Assembly (NCBI GenBank): GCA_963817525.1
Contig: CAWFOU010000001.1
Location: 64,001-128,000 of the forward strand
Reading direction: 5' to 3'
Source: an uncultured archaeon
Lineage (GTDB): Archaea > Thermoproteota > Nitrososphaeria > Nitrososphaerales > Gagatemarchaeaceae
DNA length: 64,000 nucleotides
Positions within the stretch are counted from its first letter, which is position 1. Each line of letters opens with the position of its first letter. The notes beneath the pieces are model-generated. The model was not told the DNA's origin. It saw only the letters and a list, made by a program, of their open reading frames with translations, and ran no database searches. Of this stretch, positions 1-9,144 are shown piece after piece. Position numbers and translations under genes: made by a program.

Positions 1-921
1 GGCTACGTCTCCTCTACCAAGGAGTGGGCGGAGAGGTCAGGCAACCCCGACAAGTGGGAGGACTTTTGGCTCGACCCCGAGACGAGAATCTACAACTTCC
101 TCGGGAAGGACAACATCCCCTTCCACACGATATTCTGGCCGGGGATGATGATGGCGAGCGGGGGCTTCAACCTCCCCTATGACGTTGTCGGCCTCCAGTA
201 TTGCAACTACGAGGGGGACAAGATATCAAAGTCCAAGAACTGGGGCATCTTCTGCGAGAAGGTCGTCCAGTCCGGGCTAGACCCAGACATCTGGCGCTAC
301 TACCTCGTGTACCTTATCCCCGAGACAAAGGATTCTGAGTTCAAGTGGGACGACTTCCAGTCAAGAATCAACAACGAGCTGGTCGCAGCGATAGGGAACT
401 TCGTCCATAGGACCCTCACCTTCGCCTCCAACTTCCTCGACGGGGAGATAGGGAAGAGGGAGCTCATGGACGAGGAGCGGCAGGTCGAGTCGAGGGTCGC
501 GGAGCAGGTCGCCCAGGCCGACGCGGCCCTCCAGGAAGCAAGGCTCAAGGATGCCCTCAAGAACGTCCTGCAGATAGCGATAATCGGGAACGAATACTTC
601 CAGAAGATGAAGCCTTGGGTCCTCGTCAAGGAGGACCCCGAGACGTGCAAGCGGGTGATCTACTGCTGCGCGAACATCTGCAAAGTGCTCGCCGTGACCA
701 TGGCGCCCTTCCTCCCCGGGTCGACGGCGAAGATCTACGGCTTCCTCGGCCTCGAGGGAGGCCCCTCGTGGGACGACGCCCTGGGCTTCTCGCTGCGGAG
801 CGTCAAGATGCCGGGCAAGCCGGACGTCCTCTTCAAGAAGATCGACGACAAAGAGGTGGCCCGCCTAAAGTCGACGGTGACGAAGAGCTCCGACGCCGCC
901 GAGTTCTTCAAGAAGCCGTGA
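1..921 (+). CDS. metG: Methionyl-tRNA synthetase, C-terminal part (5' end outside window)
   Basis: Frame open from base 1. FLGKDNIPFHTIFWPG, KISKS (KMSKS motif), DIWRYYL, INNELVAAIGNFVHRTL, anticodon-domain PW motif. Confidence 0.95.
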   Translation, partial: GYVSSTKEWAERSGNPDKWEDFWLDPETRIYNFLGKDNIPFHTIFWPGMMMASGGFNLPYDVVGLQYCNYEGDKISKSKNWGIFCEKVVQSGLDPDIWRYYLVYLIPETKDSEFKWDDFQSRINNELVAAIGNFVHRTLTFASNFLDGEIGKRELMDEERQVESRVAEQVAQADAALQEARLKDALKNVLQIAIIGNEYFQKMKPWVLVKEDPETCKRVIYCCANICKVLAVTMAPFLPGSTAKIYGFLGLEGGPSWDDALGFSLRSVKMPGKPDVLFKKIDDKEVARLKSTVTKSSDAAEFFKKP

Positions 922-956
922 CGCCGGTGGAGCGACGGACTCCGGCCGATGTGTCG

Positions 957-1153
957 TCAAGGGGACCACTCGCCAAAAGCCCAGAGCATGAGAAGGACAA
1001 AGAACACAACGACGACGATCAAGGGGATGATAAGGATCGTGTCTCCTCAAGGCGAAAGTAGTCCCTCCTGAAGAAGGGCCTTTGGCGCTCGTCCAGCCCT
1101 TCGTCTTCTTCTCCCAGACCCTTTTGGCTGGCGTCTAGTATTATCATTATCAT
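957..1153 (-). pseudogene. Small single-TM protein with apparent 2-nt frameshift near 1039-1042
   Basis: Minus strand reads ...GEEDEGLDERQRPFFRRDYFRLEE, then after an extra AC continues TILIIPLIVVVVFFVLLMLWAFGEWSP*. Confidence 0.35.
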
Positions 1154-1189
1154 CCGGACGACGAGGGCTCGCGCCCTCGGGAGCACCTG

Positions 1190-2230
1190 TCACTGGTCGC
1201 AGGAGGGGAGGATGTCCAGCCCGCCGACGAGGGCGCACTCTAGCGAGTCGTCGATGTTGTTCTTCGCGCCGAGGATCGCGTCGATAGGGTCGTACGTGTC
1301 GTATTTCGTCTGCGTGAACCCTGAGGCGAGCACGCTCACCTGGAGCTGGGAGCCCGCGCCGCTGCGGTAGCTGACCGCGTACTCCACGTCGAGCGAGGGG
1401 TTCCCTAACATTGAGCCCAGCCGTCTCACCGCCGTGGCGGTGTCGCCCGCCGAGAAGCTAGAGTCCCCGGAGAGGACGACCACCGCGTGGCTCGCATCCT
1501 TCATCTGGGCCTTCTTCCCGATGCCTATGATCGCGCGCGAGAGCGCCTCCTCGGTCTTGTCCACCGACCCGGACGAGGCGCTCGTGAGGAACGAATAGCC
1601 GGCCTGGGCCACCGTCCCGAGGACCTTGTTGAGACCGACTGGGATGGAATCCTGTGACTGCGTCGCGAGGAGCGAGCCCAGTGCCTTGACCGCCTCCTTG
1701 TTCGCCACCTCGTGCAGCTCCTTCAGGGTCGACTCGCTCCCGGTGTTGAAGAGTGAGCCGTTGTCGACCACCACCACGCCGTTCGAGACCGCCCTGAGCT
1801 TCTTGAGCGCGAGCCCCGCGTAGAACCTGAGCCTCTCCTCAAAGTCGAAGGGCATTACTGCTATGCTGACCGCGTCGGAGCCGGCCTCCCTCGCGAGACC
1901 GGCGACCACGGGCGCGAGCCCTGACCCGGTCGCCCGCCCCAGCCCCGCCACCACGAAGACCACCTTCGCGTCCTGCACAAGGGCCCTCAGCTCTGCGTGA
2001 TGGGACGCCGCGAAGCCCCTCACCATCGAGGGGCTGGGCTTGTGCACCAGGGGGGTCTCGATCAGCATCTTCTGGCCCTCCCCCGAGGATTCGAGGTCCT
2101 GCGGGTCGCACGTCACGTACGCGAACCGATTCACCAGGGTTGTCTCCCTGCTAAGGGCGGACACTATCCTGATTCCTGCGCTGCCTATCCCGATTGCGAC
2201 GACTTCTGACGTGGAGATTGAGCCAGACAT
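1190..2230 (-). CDS. Divergent FtsZ/tubulin-family protein
   Basis: GIGSAG, VAGLGRATGSGLAPVVA (variant tubulin signature), MPFDFE, VVVDN. Start placed at ATG 2230. Confidence 0.85.
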   Translation of the reverse strand: MSGSISTSEVVAIGIGSAGIRIVSALSRETTLVNRFAYVTCDPQDLESSGEGQKMLIETPLVHKPSPSMVRGFAASHHAELRALVQDAKVVFVVAGLGRATGSGLAPVVAGLAREAGSDAVSIAVMPFDFEERLRFYAGLALKKLRAVSNGVVVVDNGSLFNTGSESTLKELHEVANKEAVKALGSLLATQSQDSIPVGLNKVLGTVAQAGYSFLTSASSGSVDKTEEALSRAIIGIGKKAQMKDASHAVVVLSGDSSFSAGDTATAVRRLGSMLGNPSLDVEYAVSYRSGAGSQLQVSVLASGFTQTKYDTYDPIDAILGAKNNIDDSLECALVGGLDILPSCDQ

Positions 2231-2426
2231 GGACTTTTGACAGGGTCCATTAGCGGATTGGATTAATGAGCCAACGCACGAAAAAAGTGGACCAATGGTT
2301 ACGGAATGTTCACCTGTAACAAATTTCTGAAAAAATCCTACGTAGGACGACTCCATCTGAGGCTAAGAGATCTCGCTCGCGGAACGGAGCAAGAGCATCG
2401 TCCGCCCCGCCGAACCGGCGGCGGCT

Positions 2427-3923
2427 TCACCACTTGACCTTGAGGGTGAGCGGGTGCGAGGCCTTCACCTCGTCGATCCTCCCGACGCTCGTGTTCTTCG
2501 GCTCGTCCTCGAGCTCTCCCGCCTTTAGCTTCTCGAAGAGCGCGTTCAGGATCTCGGCGTAGTCGTCGAGGGACTCTATCGTCTCCGTCTCGGTCGGCTC
2601 GATCATCAGCGCCTCCTCGACTGTGAGCGGGAAGTACACCGTTGGGGAGTGGACCCCGTAGTCGAGCAGGGCCTTCGCGACCTTGCCCGCGCCGCCGTGC
2701 CCCCCCTTCACCGAGACGATGGCCTCGTGCTTCCTCCTGATGCCTCCCCCTACGGGGATGGAGTACCCCTGCGTGTTCAGCCTCGAGAGGAGGTAGTTCG
2801 CCCCGAGGACCGCGAGGCTCGAGACGTTGTCCAGCCCGTCCGCCCCGAGTAGCCTGATGTAGCAGTACGCCCTAAGCAGTATCGCCGAGTTCGCATAGAA
2901 GCCCTTGAGCCTCCCTATGCTCTTGGGGCGGGCGTAGTCGAGCACATACCCCTCTCCCGCCTTCTCGACCATCGGGACAGGCAGGTAGTCCTCGAGCTCC
3001 TTCGAGGCGCCCACCGGACCCGCGCCGGGCCCGCCGCCCCCGTGGGGGGTCGCGAAGGTCTTGTGAAGGTTGAGGTGGACGACGTCGAACCCCATGTCGC
3101 CCGGCCTCGCCTTGCCCAGAAGGGCGTTCATGTTGGCCCCGTCGTAGTACATCAGCCCGCCCGCGTCGTGCACTGCCTTTGAGATCTCGCTGACGTCCGG
3201 CTCGAAGAGCCCCAGGGTATTGGGCACCGTCAGCATCATCCCCGCGGTCCTCGGCGTGAGCTTCTCCTTCACGGCCTCGAGGGTCACCAGGCCGCTCTCG
3301 TTCGAGGGCACCTTGACCACCTCGAACCCCGCCATCGCCGCGCTCGCGGGGTTGGTCCCGTGGGCCGAGTCCGGGACGAGGATCTCCGTCCTGTCTCTCC
3401 TCCCATTGTCGCGGAGGTACTTCCTCATCATGAGCACACCCGCGAACTCGCCCTGGGCGCCCGCCGCGGTGCTGAGCGCGAACCTCCTCATCCCAGTTAT
3501 CTCGCAGAGCATGCCCGAGAGCTCGTAGAAGACCTGGAGGAGCCCCTGGACGGTCGAGTCGTGCTGGAGGGGGTGGGCCTCCCTCATCCTCGGGGACGAG
3601 GCTATCGCCTCGGAGACCTTGGGGTTGTACTTCATCGTGCAGCTCCCCAGGGGATACATGCCCGTCTCCACGGAGAAGTTCATCTGGGAGAGACGGTTGA
3701 AGTGCCTGAGCACCTGGAGCTCCGAGAGCTCCGGGAGCGGCGCGTCCGCGGACCTCCGCACGCCCTTCGGGAGGAGGCTGTCGCCCTTCCCCTTCGCCCA
3801 CTCCTTGACCTTGGCGTCCTCGGGGACGGTGAACCCGAGCCTCCCCTTCCTCCCTATCTCGGAGAGGAGCGGCTCGTCCCAGTAGGCCTGCCTGAACCTG
3901 CGCTTGGGCTTCTCGTCTCCCAT
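2427..3923 (-). CDS. gcvPB: Glycine dehydrogenase (decarboxylating) subunit 2
   Basis: YPLGSCTMKYNP, DSAHGTNPASA, HLNLHKTFATPHGGGGPG, MIEPTETE. Confidence 0.96.
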   Translation of the reverse strand: MGDEKPKRRFRQAYWDEPLLSEIGRKGRLGFTVPEDAKVKEWAKGKGDSLLPKGVRRSADAPLPELSELQVLRHFNRLSQMNFSVETGMYPLGSCTMKYNPKVSEAIASSPRMREAHPLQHDSTVQGLLQVFYELSGMLCEITGMRRFALSTAAGAQGEFAGVLMMRKYLRDNGRRDRTEILVPDSAHGTNPASAAMAGFEVVKVPSNESGLVTLEAVKEKLTPRTAGMMLTVPNTLGLFEPDVSEISKAVHDAGGLMYYDGANMNALLGKARPGDMGFDVVHLNLHKTFATPHGGGGPGAGPVGASKELEDYLPVPMVEKAGEGYVLDYARPKSIGRLKGFYANSAILLRAYCYIRLLGADGLDNVSSLAVLGANYLLSRLNTQGYSIPVGGGIRRKHEAIVSVKGGHGGAGKVAKALLDYGVHSPTVYFPLTVEEALMIEPTETETIESLDDYAEILNALFEKLKAGELEDEPKNTSVGRIDEVKASHPLTLKVKW

Positions 3924-3926
3924 CCT

Positions 3927-5312
3927 CTAAATCACCCCTGCGAGGGCCTCGACCAGCCGCTCGACATCCTCGCCCGAATGGACCTCGGTGACGCAGAACG
4001 CGCCCGCCTCGCGGATCTGCGAGTAGTGCTCCACGAGCGGGTAACCGCCCATCACGCCTCTCTTGGCGAGCTCGGCGAAGACCCACGGGGCCTTGCGCCT
4101 GTCATAGCCAACCGTGAACTCGTTGAAGAAGGGCCCGCTGAAGAGGGGGGACTTTACGCCGTTGAGCTTACCAATCCTCTCCGCCGCGTAGTGGGCGTTG
4201 GCGAGGTTCACCTCACCCAGCTTCCGAAAGCCGTTCTTCCCCAGCAGGGACATGTACGCCGCCGCGGCGAGCGCGAGGAGGGCCTGGTTGGTGCAGATGT
4301 TGGAGGTGGCCGCCTCCCTCCTGATGTGCTGCTCCCTCGTCTGGAGGACCATGCAAAAGGCCTTCTCGCTCCCCTCCTTCGTGGTGGTCATCCCGATCAA
4401 CCTCCCGGGCATGCTCCTCGCGAGACCGATGTCCTTGACCGCGAAGATCCCCATGTGAGGCCCGCCGAAGTTCATGGACACGCCGAGGGGCTGCCCCTCG
4501 CCCACCACGACGTCGGCTCCGTAGCTCCCCGGGTCCCGCAGCACCGAGAGCGAAATCGGGTTCAACCCTACGACCGCGAGCCCTCCGGCCGCGTGGACCA
4601 TCTCGACGGCCGAGTCCGCGCCCTCCTCTATCACCCCGAAAACGTTCGGGGTCTCGAAGTAGAGGGCCGCGACGTCTCCCGCGCCATCCGCGAGCTTGGA
4701 CTTGAGCGACTCGAGGTCCAGCCCCCCCGTCTCAGTGTTGAAATCAACCATCCGTAGTTTCACCCCCATCGGCTCGGCGTACGTCTTGATGACCTCAAGC
4801 CTCCCCAGGCCCACGTTCTTCGCGACGAGGATGGTCTCCCTCTGCTTCACGCGCGCCGCCATCCTCACGGCCTCTCCGGCGGCCGAGGCCCAGTCGTACA
4901 TCGAGCTGTTGCAGACCTGCATCCCGAGCAGGTCGCACATCATGCTCTGGTATTCGAAGAGCGCCTGGAGCATCCCCTGGCTTATCTCCGGCTGGTAAGG
5001 AGTGTACGCAGTGTAGAACTCCTGCCGCGAGAGTATCGAGTCGACCGCGGCGGGGATGTAGTGAGGGTACACGCCGCCACCCAGGAAGCACAGCTGGTCT
5101 GGCGGGGTTTTGTTCTTCGCGAGCCTCCCGTGCAGCTCCCTCCTCACGAGGGCCTCCCCCTGACCGTCGGGGATCGCTAGCTTCCTCCCGAGGCGGAGCC
5201 CTTGGGGGATGTCCGAGAAGAGATCCGCTATGGAGTCCGCCTTCACCTGCTTCAGCATCCTCTCGATCGTCTCGTCCTCGAGGTTGGGCAGGAACGGATG
5301 GGCTTCTACCAT
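3927..5312 (-). CDS. gcvPA: Glycine dehydrogenase (decarboxylating) subunit 1
   Basis: EFYTAYTPYQPEISQG, LQTREQHIRREAATSNICTNQ. Adjacent to gcvPB. Confidence 0.96.
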   Translation of the reverse strand: MVEAHPFLPNLEDETIERMLKQVKADSIADLFSDIPQGLRLGRKLAIPDGQGEALVRRELHGRLAKNKTPPDQLCFLGGGVYPHYIPAAVDSILSRQEFYTAYTPYQPEISQGMLQALFEYQSMMCDLLGMQVCNSSMYDWASAAGEAVRMAARVKQRETILVAKNVGLGRLEVIKTYAEPMGVKLRMVDFNTETGGLDLESLKSKLADGAGDVAALYFETPNVFGVIEEGADSAVEMVHAAGGLAVVGLNPISLSVLRDPGSYGADVVVGEGQPLGVSMNFGGPHMGIFAVKDIGLARSMPGRLIGMTTTKEGSEKAFCMVLQTREQHIRREAATSNICTNQALLALAAAAYMSLLGKNGFRKLGEVNLANAHYAAERIGKLNGVKSPLFSGPFFNEFTVGYDRRKAPWVFAELAKRGVMGGYPLVEHYSQIREAGAFCVTEVHSGEDVERLVEALAGVI

Positions 5313-5457
5313 TTCTTGGAGCGCCCGTCCTACCCCGCGGGTTTGTTAACCCTTCGGCTCGCAACGCTGGGCCAAATTGATTCTATCGATTCGGAGGATT
5401 GGGGAATTTGTGCCGCGAACGCTTAAAATACGCTCCCGGACTGGCTAACCAAATCCT

Positions 5458-7122
5458 TTGAACTGGAAAGTCTTGGCGGTGGCAGGCCTGGTAGCATGCC
5501 TGGCTTTGGGCTTCGCGCCCGCGTTCTCGCAGGCGGGGTCAAGCTCCTCCGGCGTGGCCACCATAACGCTCGCCCATTCTTACGCCCTGAACTCCCTGGG
5601 CTTCGGTGTTCTTAATGACACCTTCACGTTCTCCAACAACGGGACCTCGCCGGTCCAGATCCCCACGCTGCAGGTGGGCTTGCCCGCGAAGATCTCCGCT
5701 AGGGCCACCGGCCTGATACTGAGCCCCAGCTCCCAGTTCACCATGTCCCAGTCCCTGGTCAACGGCAACACATCGGTGACAATCACCCCCAACGAGCCCA
5801 CCCTGAACGCGGGCGCGAACGCCACGGTCGCGCTAAAGGGGATTCTCAACAATGTCCTCAACATCACGAGCCCGGGATTCTCGGGGCTCGCCCCGGTCCT
5901 GGTGATGTTCAGCCCCTCACTAAACGTGAACGTCAGCAGCCTGAGCTCGGTAGTCGGGCTCCCGTCAGGGGGCGAGTTCACGAACGTCCAGCCGGGCTTC
6001 ACGCCCAGCTCGACGGGTCAGCAGATCGTGGAGACCCAGAAGGCGATCCGCCCCGTCGCCTCCGAGGGCTACCTGCAGTTCAACTCCACTGTCCAGACCG
6101 CCTTCTCTCCGATAACCGTCACTAGCATCGTCAGGACCATAGTCCCGAGCTCCAACGGCTCCCCTGTAGTCCAGGACGAGTTCACGATCCACAGCCTCGC
6201 CAACTACAACATCGAGGACATCCACCTGAAGCTCATCAACAACGTCGGGTCGGTGACCGAAATCGCCAGCACGAGCCCCCCGCTGATCAATCCGCAGGTG
6301 GTGACGGTCAACGGCGGCGAAGTCACGTTCACGACGACGAACATCGGGAGCCCGCTCTACCCCAACAGCAGCGTGTCGCTGACGTTCACATACCCCTTCC
6401 CCACGAACATGACGAGCGTCTCCGGGAGCTCGGTGAAGCTCACCGTCCCGTACTCGCCCGTGATCCAGGCCCCCACGGACAACTACACGCTCATCCTCGC
6501 CTCCGCCAAGGGCATCTCCCCGTCCGGGCAGACCTCGTACAAGTTCCAGTCGGTCACGCCCCTCACCACCGGCGACGTGCAGTTCACCTACTCGGTGAGC
6601 GTGGGCTGGGCCGCCGACCAGGCCCTCCCCGCGGGCGTGCTCATATTCGCAGTCGCCTTCGCGATGTTCGCGATCCAGAACCCCTCGTCCAAGGAAGAGA
6701 GGGACGAGAAGGCCATTCGGACCGGCGACGTGCTGCGGGCATTCGAGGAGAAGACGGGCCTCGAGACGACCTACATGCAGCAGCTCGCCTCCGCCCCGAA
6801 GGGGTCCATCAGCAGGGCCGACTTTGACCGCATGAGGACCGAGGCAAGCGAGCTCAGGTCGCGCGCCATCCAGAGGCTCAAGGAGATGCAGCAGGTCCTC
6901 GGCTCGGGCAGGCAGTATGACGTGCTCTCTCGGGTAGCCGACGCCGAGAAGGACGAGGACAGGGCCTTCAAGGACCTGCTCAACCTGTACGCGCAGTTCC
7001 ACGGGAACAGGATGAACGAGGAGACCTTCAGGAGGCTCCAGCCCAACTATCGGAAGCGTGTGGAGACTTCGATCAACCACCTCTCCGACCTCCTCCACGA
7101 GACCCAGTCAGAAGAGAAGTAG
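5458..7122 (+). CDS. Type I membrane protein, possibly ribophorin-I/OST1-like
   Basis: Signal peptide, ~360-aa Ser/Thr/Asn-rich beta ectodomain with many N-x-S/T sequons, one TM (ALPAGVLIFAVAFAMFAI), charged helical cytoplasmic tail. Confidence 0.6.
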   Translation: MNWKVLAVAGLVACLALGFAPAFSQAGSSSSGVATITLAHSYALNSLGFGVLNDTFTFSNNGTSPVQIPTLQVGLPAKISARATGLILSPSSQFTMSQSLVNGNTSVTITPNEPTLNAGANATVALKGILNNVLNITSPGFSGLAPVLVMFSPSLNVNVSSLSSVVGLPSGGEFTNVQPGFTPSSTGQQIVETQKAIRPVASEGYLQFNSTVQTAFSPITVTSIVRTIVPSSNGSPVVQDEFTIHSLANYNIEDIHLKLINNVGSVTEIASTSPPLINPQVVTVNGGEVTFTTTNIGSPLYPNSSVSLTFTYPFPTNMTSVSGSSVKLTVPYSPVIQAPTDNYTLILASAKGISPSGQTSYKFQSVTPLTTGDVQFTYSVSVGWAADQALPAGVLIFAVAFAMFAIQNPSSKEERDEKAIRTGDVLRAFEEKTGLETTYMQQLASAPKGSISRADFDRMRTEASELRSRAIQRLKEMQQVLGSGRQYDVLSRVADAEKDEDRAFKDLLNLYAQFHGNRMNEETFRRLQPNYRKRVETSINHLSDLLHETQSEEK

Positions 7123-7154
7123 CGGCCCCAGTTCTAAGAACCTGATTCTGGGCT

Positions 7155-8618
7155 CTACGACTTCACCACAATGGTCCCGGTCATCCACGGGTGGATGCTG
7201 CAGTGGTATTGGTATGTGCCCGGAACTGTGAAGCTCATGGAGAAGGTGGCTCCTGGGGCTAGACTCCCGTCATTGAACGACTGAGCTCCCGCGGGGACGC
7301 TGAGCGACGTCACGGTGTGGGCAGCGACGTCATTATTCGTCCACGTCACAGTGTTGTTGACTCCGATGACTACCGTGACGCTGCTTGGGCTGAAGTTCAG
7401 GCTCTCGTTCGCCCCCGTGCCGCTGGGTATCGAAACGTTGACTGCCGCGGCCCCGGGGTTTGCAGAACCCAAGCCTGGCGGGACCGTCTGACCGATGTAG
7501 TCGCCTATCACTTGGGCCGAGTATGGCCAGTTGAGCTGGTCAGGGCCGTTACCGGGGGCGTTGGTCATCCCGTACTGGTAGACCGTCTGGTTGGCGTTGT
7601 TGACTATTATGACGCGGTCGTTGAGCGTGTCGGCGATGCTTGTGTCACCATTGGCGAGTCGGAATGCGTTGGAGGGGTATGGCGTGGGGTTGCTGTTCTC
7701 GGTGTCGTTGGTGAAGTACTGCCACACGACCTGTCCCGCCGGATTCACCTCTACGATGCGGGAATGTCCTGCGTCCGCAATGAGGGTGTCGTTGTTGGGG
7801 AGCCGGCTGGCGAACGCAGCGGTCTGAAGGCCTTGGCTGTACTGCCAGACGATGCCGCCACTCTGGTTGACCTCTATTACCCGGTTGTTGTCCTGGTCAG
7901 CGATGAGAATGTCGCCGTTGGGGAGTTGCTCCGCGCTGTTGGGGTTGTTGAGCGCTCCGGGTCCAGAGGCAGGTCCGTATGACCAGGTGATCTGCTTCGT
8001 CGAGTTGACCTCGATCACGCGATTGTTGCCCTGGTCGGTTATCAGGACGTTCCCATTCGTCAGTTGGACCGCGAAGACGGGAACGCTCAGCTGGTTAGGG
8101 CCAGAGCCGGTGACCCCCGCCTGCCCGTACTGCCAGACTATGCTCCCCGCCTGATTCACAATTATCACACGGTTGTCGACACAGGCAGCAACGGGCGGGA
8201 AGCCTGCGGGATTGCCCGTCCCCGCAATTAGTGTCAACCCGCCGGGTAGGCGCTCCGCGTCGTTGGGCCCTATCACCGAACCGGGACCTGGATTGCACAG
8301 CGACCCGTTCCCGGAGCCAAAGCTCCACACGATCTGGTTCGTAAGCGGGTCAAGCTCTATCACTCGGTTGTTGAACTCATCAGTGATTAACAGATTCCCG
8401 GGAGTGTTGAACGGGCCTCCGGACAGAGCAGACGTCGACATGTTGCCGATAGACGAAGCGACAGAGGAGCTGATGGCGGCAATGCTGGATGTGGTCTTCG
8501 AGCCGCTCTCGAGACTATAGGCTGCCAAGGCGCCGACCACCAGGATCAAGAGCACTACCGTGCCAGCGACAATCCGCACTCGGCTTTTCTTCAACTGGGT
8601 CGATTGTCCTACGCTCAA
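7155..8618 (-). CDS. Membrane-anchored beta-propeller (NHL/PQQ-like repeats) with C-terminal plastocyanin-like cupredoxin
   Basis: N-terminal TM, repeated LIxD-xNNRVIEV-x-IVWQY units, HTVTS...YHCSIHPWM type-1 Cu ligands. Confidence 0.85.
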   Translation of the reverse strand: MSVGQSTQLKKSRVRIVAGTVVLLILVVGALAAYSLESGSKTTSSIAAISSSVASSIGNMSTSALSGGPFNTPGNLLITDEFNNRVIELDPLTNQIVWSFGSGNGSLCNPGPGSVIGPNDAERLPGGLTLIAGTGNPAGFPPVAACVDNRVIIVNQAGSIVWQYGQAGVTGSGPNQLSVPVFAVQLTNGNVLITDQGNNRVIEVNSTKQITWSYGPASGPGALNNPNSAEQLPNGDILIADQDNNRVIEVNQSGGIVWQYSQGLQTAAFASRLPNNDTLIADAGHSRIVEVNPAGQVVWQYFTNDTENSNPTPYPSNAFRLANGDTSIADTLNDRVIIVNNANQTVYQYGMTNAPGNGPDQLNWPYSAQVIGDYIGQTVPPGLGSANPGAAAVNVSIPSGTGANESLNFSPSSVTVVIGVNNTVTWTNNDVAAHTVTSLSVPAGAQSFNDGSLAPGATFSMSFTVPGTYQYHCSIHPWMTGTIVVKS

Positions 8619-8648
8619 CTGATGGAACAGCTCCTGAGGCTCTCCATG

Positions 8649-8706
8649 CTACTATCGCAGTAGTATCTTCCCCCGACATATATAAAAGCTACTATCGCGA
8701 TAGTAG
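8649..8706. promoter_or_regulatory. Two BlaI/CopY-type operators flanking a TATA box in the divergent promoter
   Basis: Perfect 18-bp palindrome CTACTATCGCGATAGTAG (8689-8706), imperfect copy CTACTATCGCAGTAGTAT (8649-8666), ATATATAAAA between them. Confidence 0.75.
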
Positions 8707-9138
8707 ATGTGGCCAGCGAGGAGAGCGACAGTTTCAAGCAGAGACCCTGAGATAGGCGACCTTGAGGCAGACGTCCTCAAGACCCTGAAGCGGCTTGGCG
8801 GTGCCTCAGCGGGCGAGATAGTTGAGGAGCTCAAGCCAGGCAGGGTCCTCGCTTACACCACAGTGAGCACGACGTTGGACAGGCTTCACAGGAAGGGCTT
8901 GATCGCGAGGAAGTCTATATCAGGGAGGACCGGCCAGAAATACGTCTATTCCTTCCCGGGCAACCCTGGCCTCGAGAAACAAATGGTCAACAAGATGGTA
9001 GACAAGCTCGTGAGCGCGTTCGGTCCCTCGGTAGCCTCGACGATCTACGACAGGCTGAGCGAGGTCTCGCCTGATGAGGCCGCCAAGCTCAGGGAGGCCA
9101 TCGACGGCAAACTTAAGGCTCAGAAGGAGCGCCGATGA
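8707..9138 (+). CDS. BlaI/MecI/CopY family transcriptional repressor
   Basis: IGDLEADVL...LAYTTVSTTLDRLHRKGLI wHTH signature. Confidence 0.9.
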   Translation: MWPARRATVSSRDPEIGDLEADVLKTLKRLGGASAGEIVEELKPGRVLAYTTVSTTLDRLHRKGLIARKSISGRTGQKYVYSFPGNPGLEKQMVNKMVDKLVSAFGPSVASTIYDRLSEVSPDEAAKLREAIDGKLKAQKERR

Positions 9139-9144
9139 TCTAGC

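Noticed and set aside
2297-2321. GGTTAC...GTAACA upstream of the FtsZ-like gene as another TrmB box
   Set aside because: The spacer is 13 nt rather than 7.
2872-4757. Long alternative-frame and antisense ORFs (2872-4086, 3360-4757 and many similar ones across the window)
   Set aside because: Shadow ORFs of GC-rich genes: Arg/Gly/Pro-rich, no motifs, and fully overlapping well-supported CDSs.
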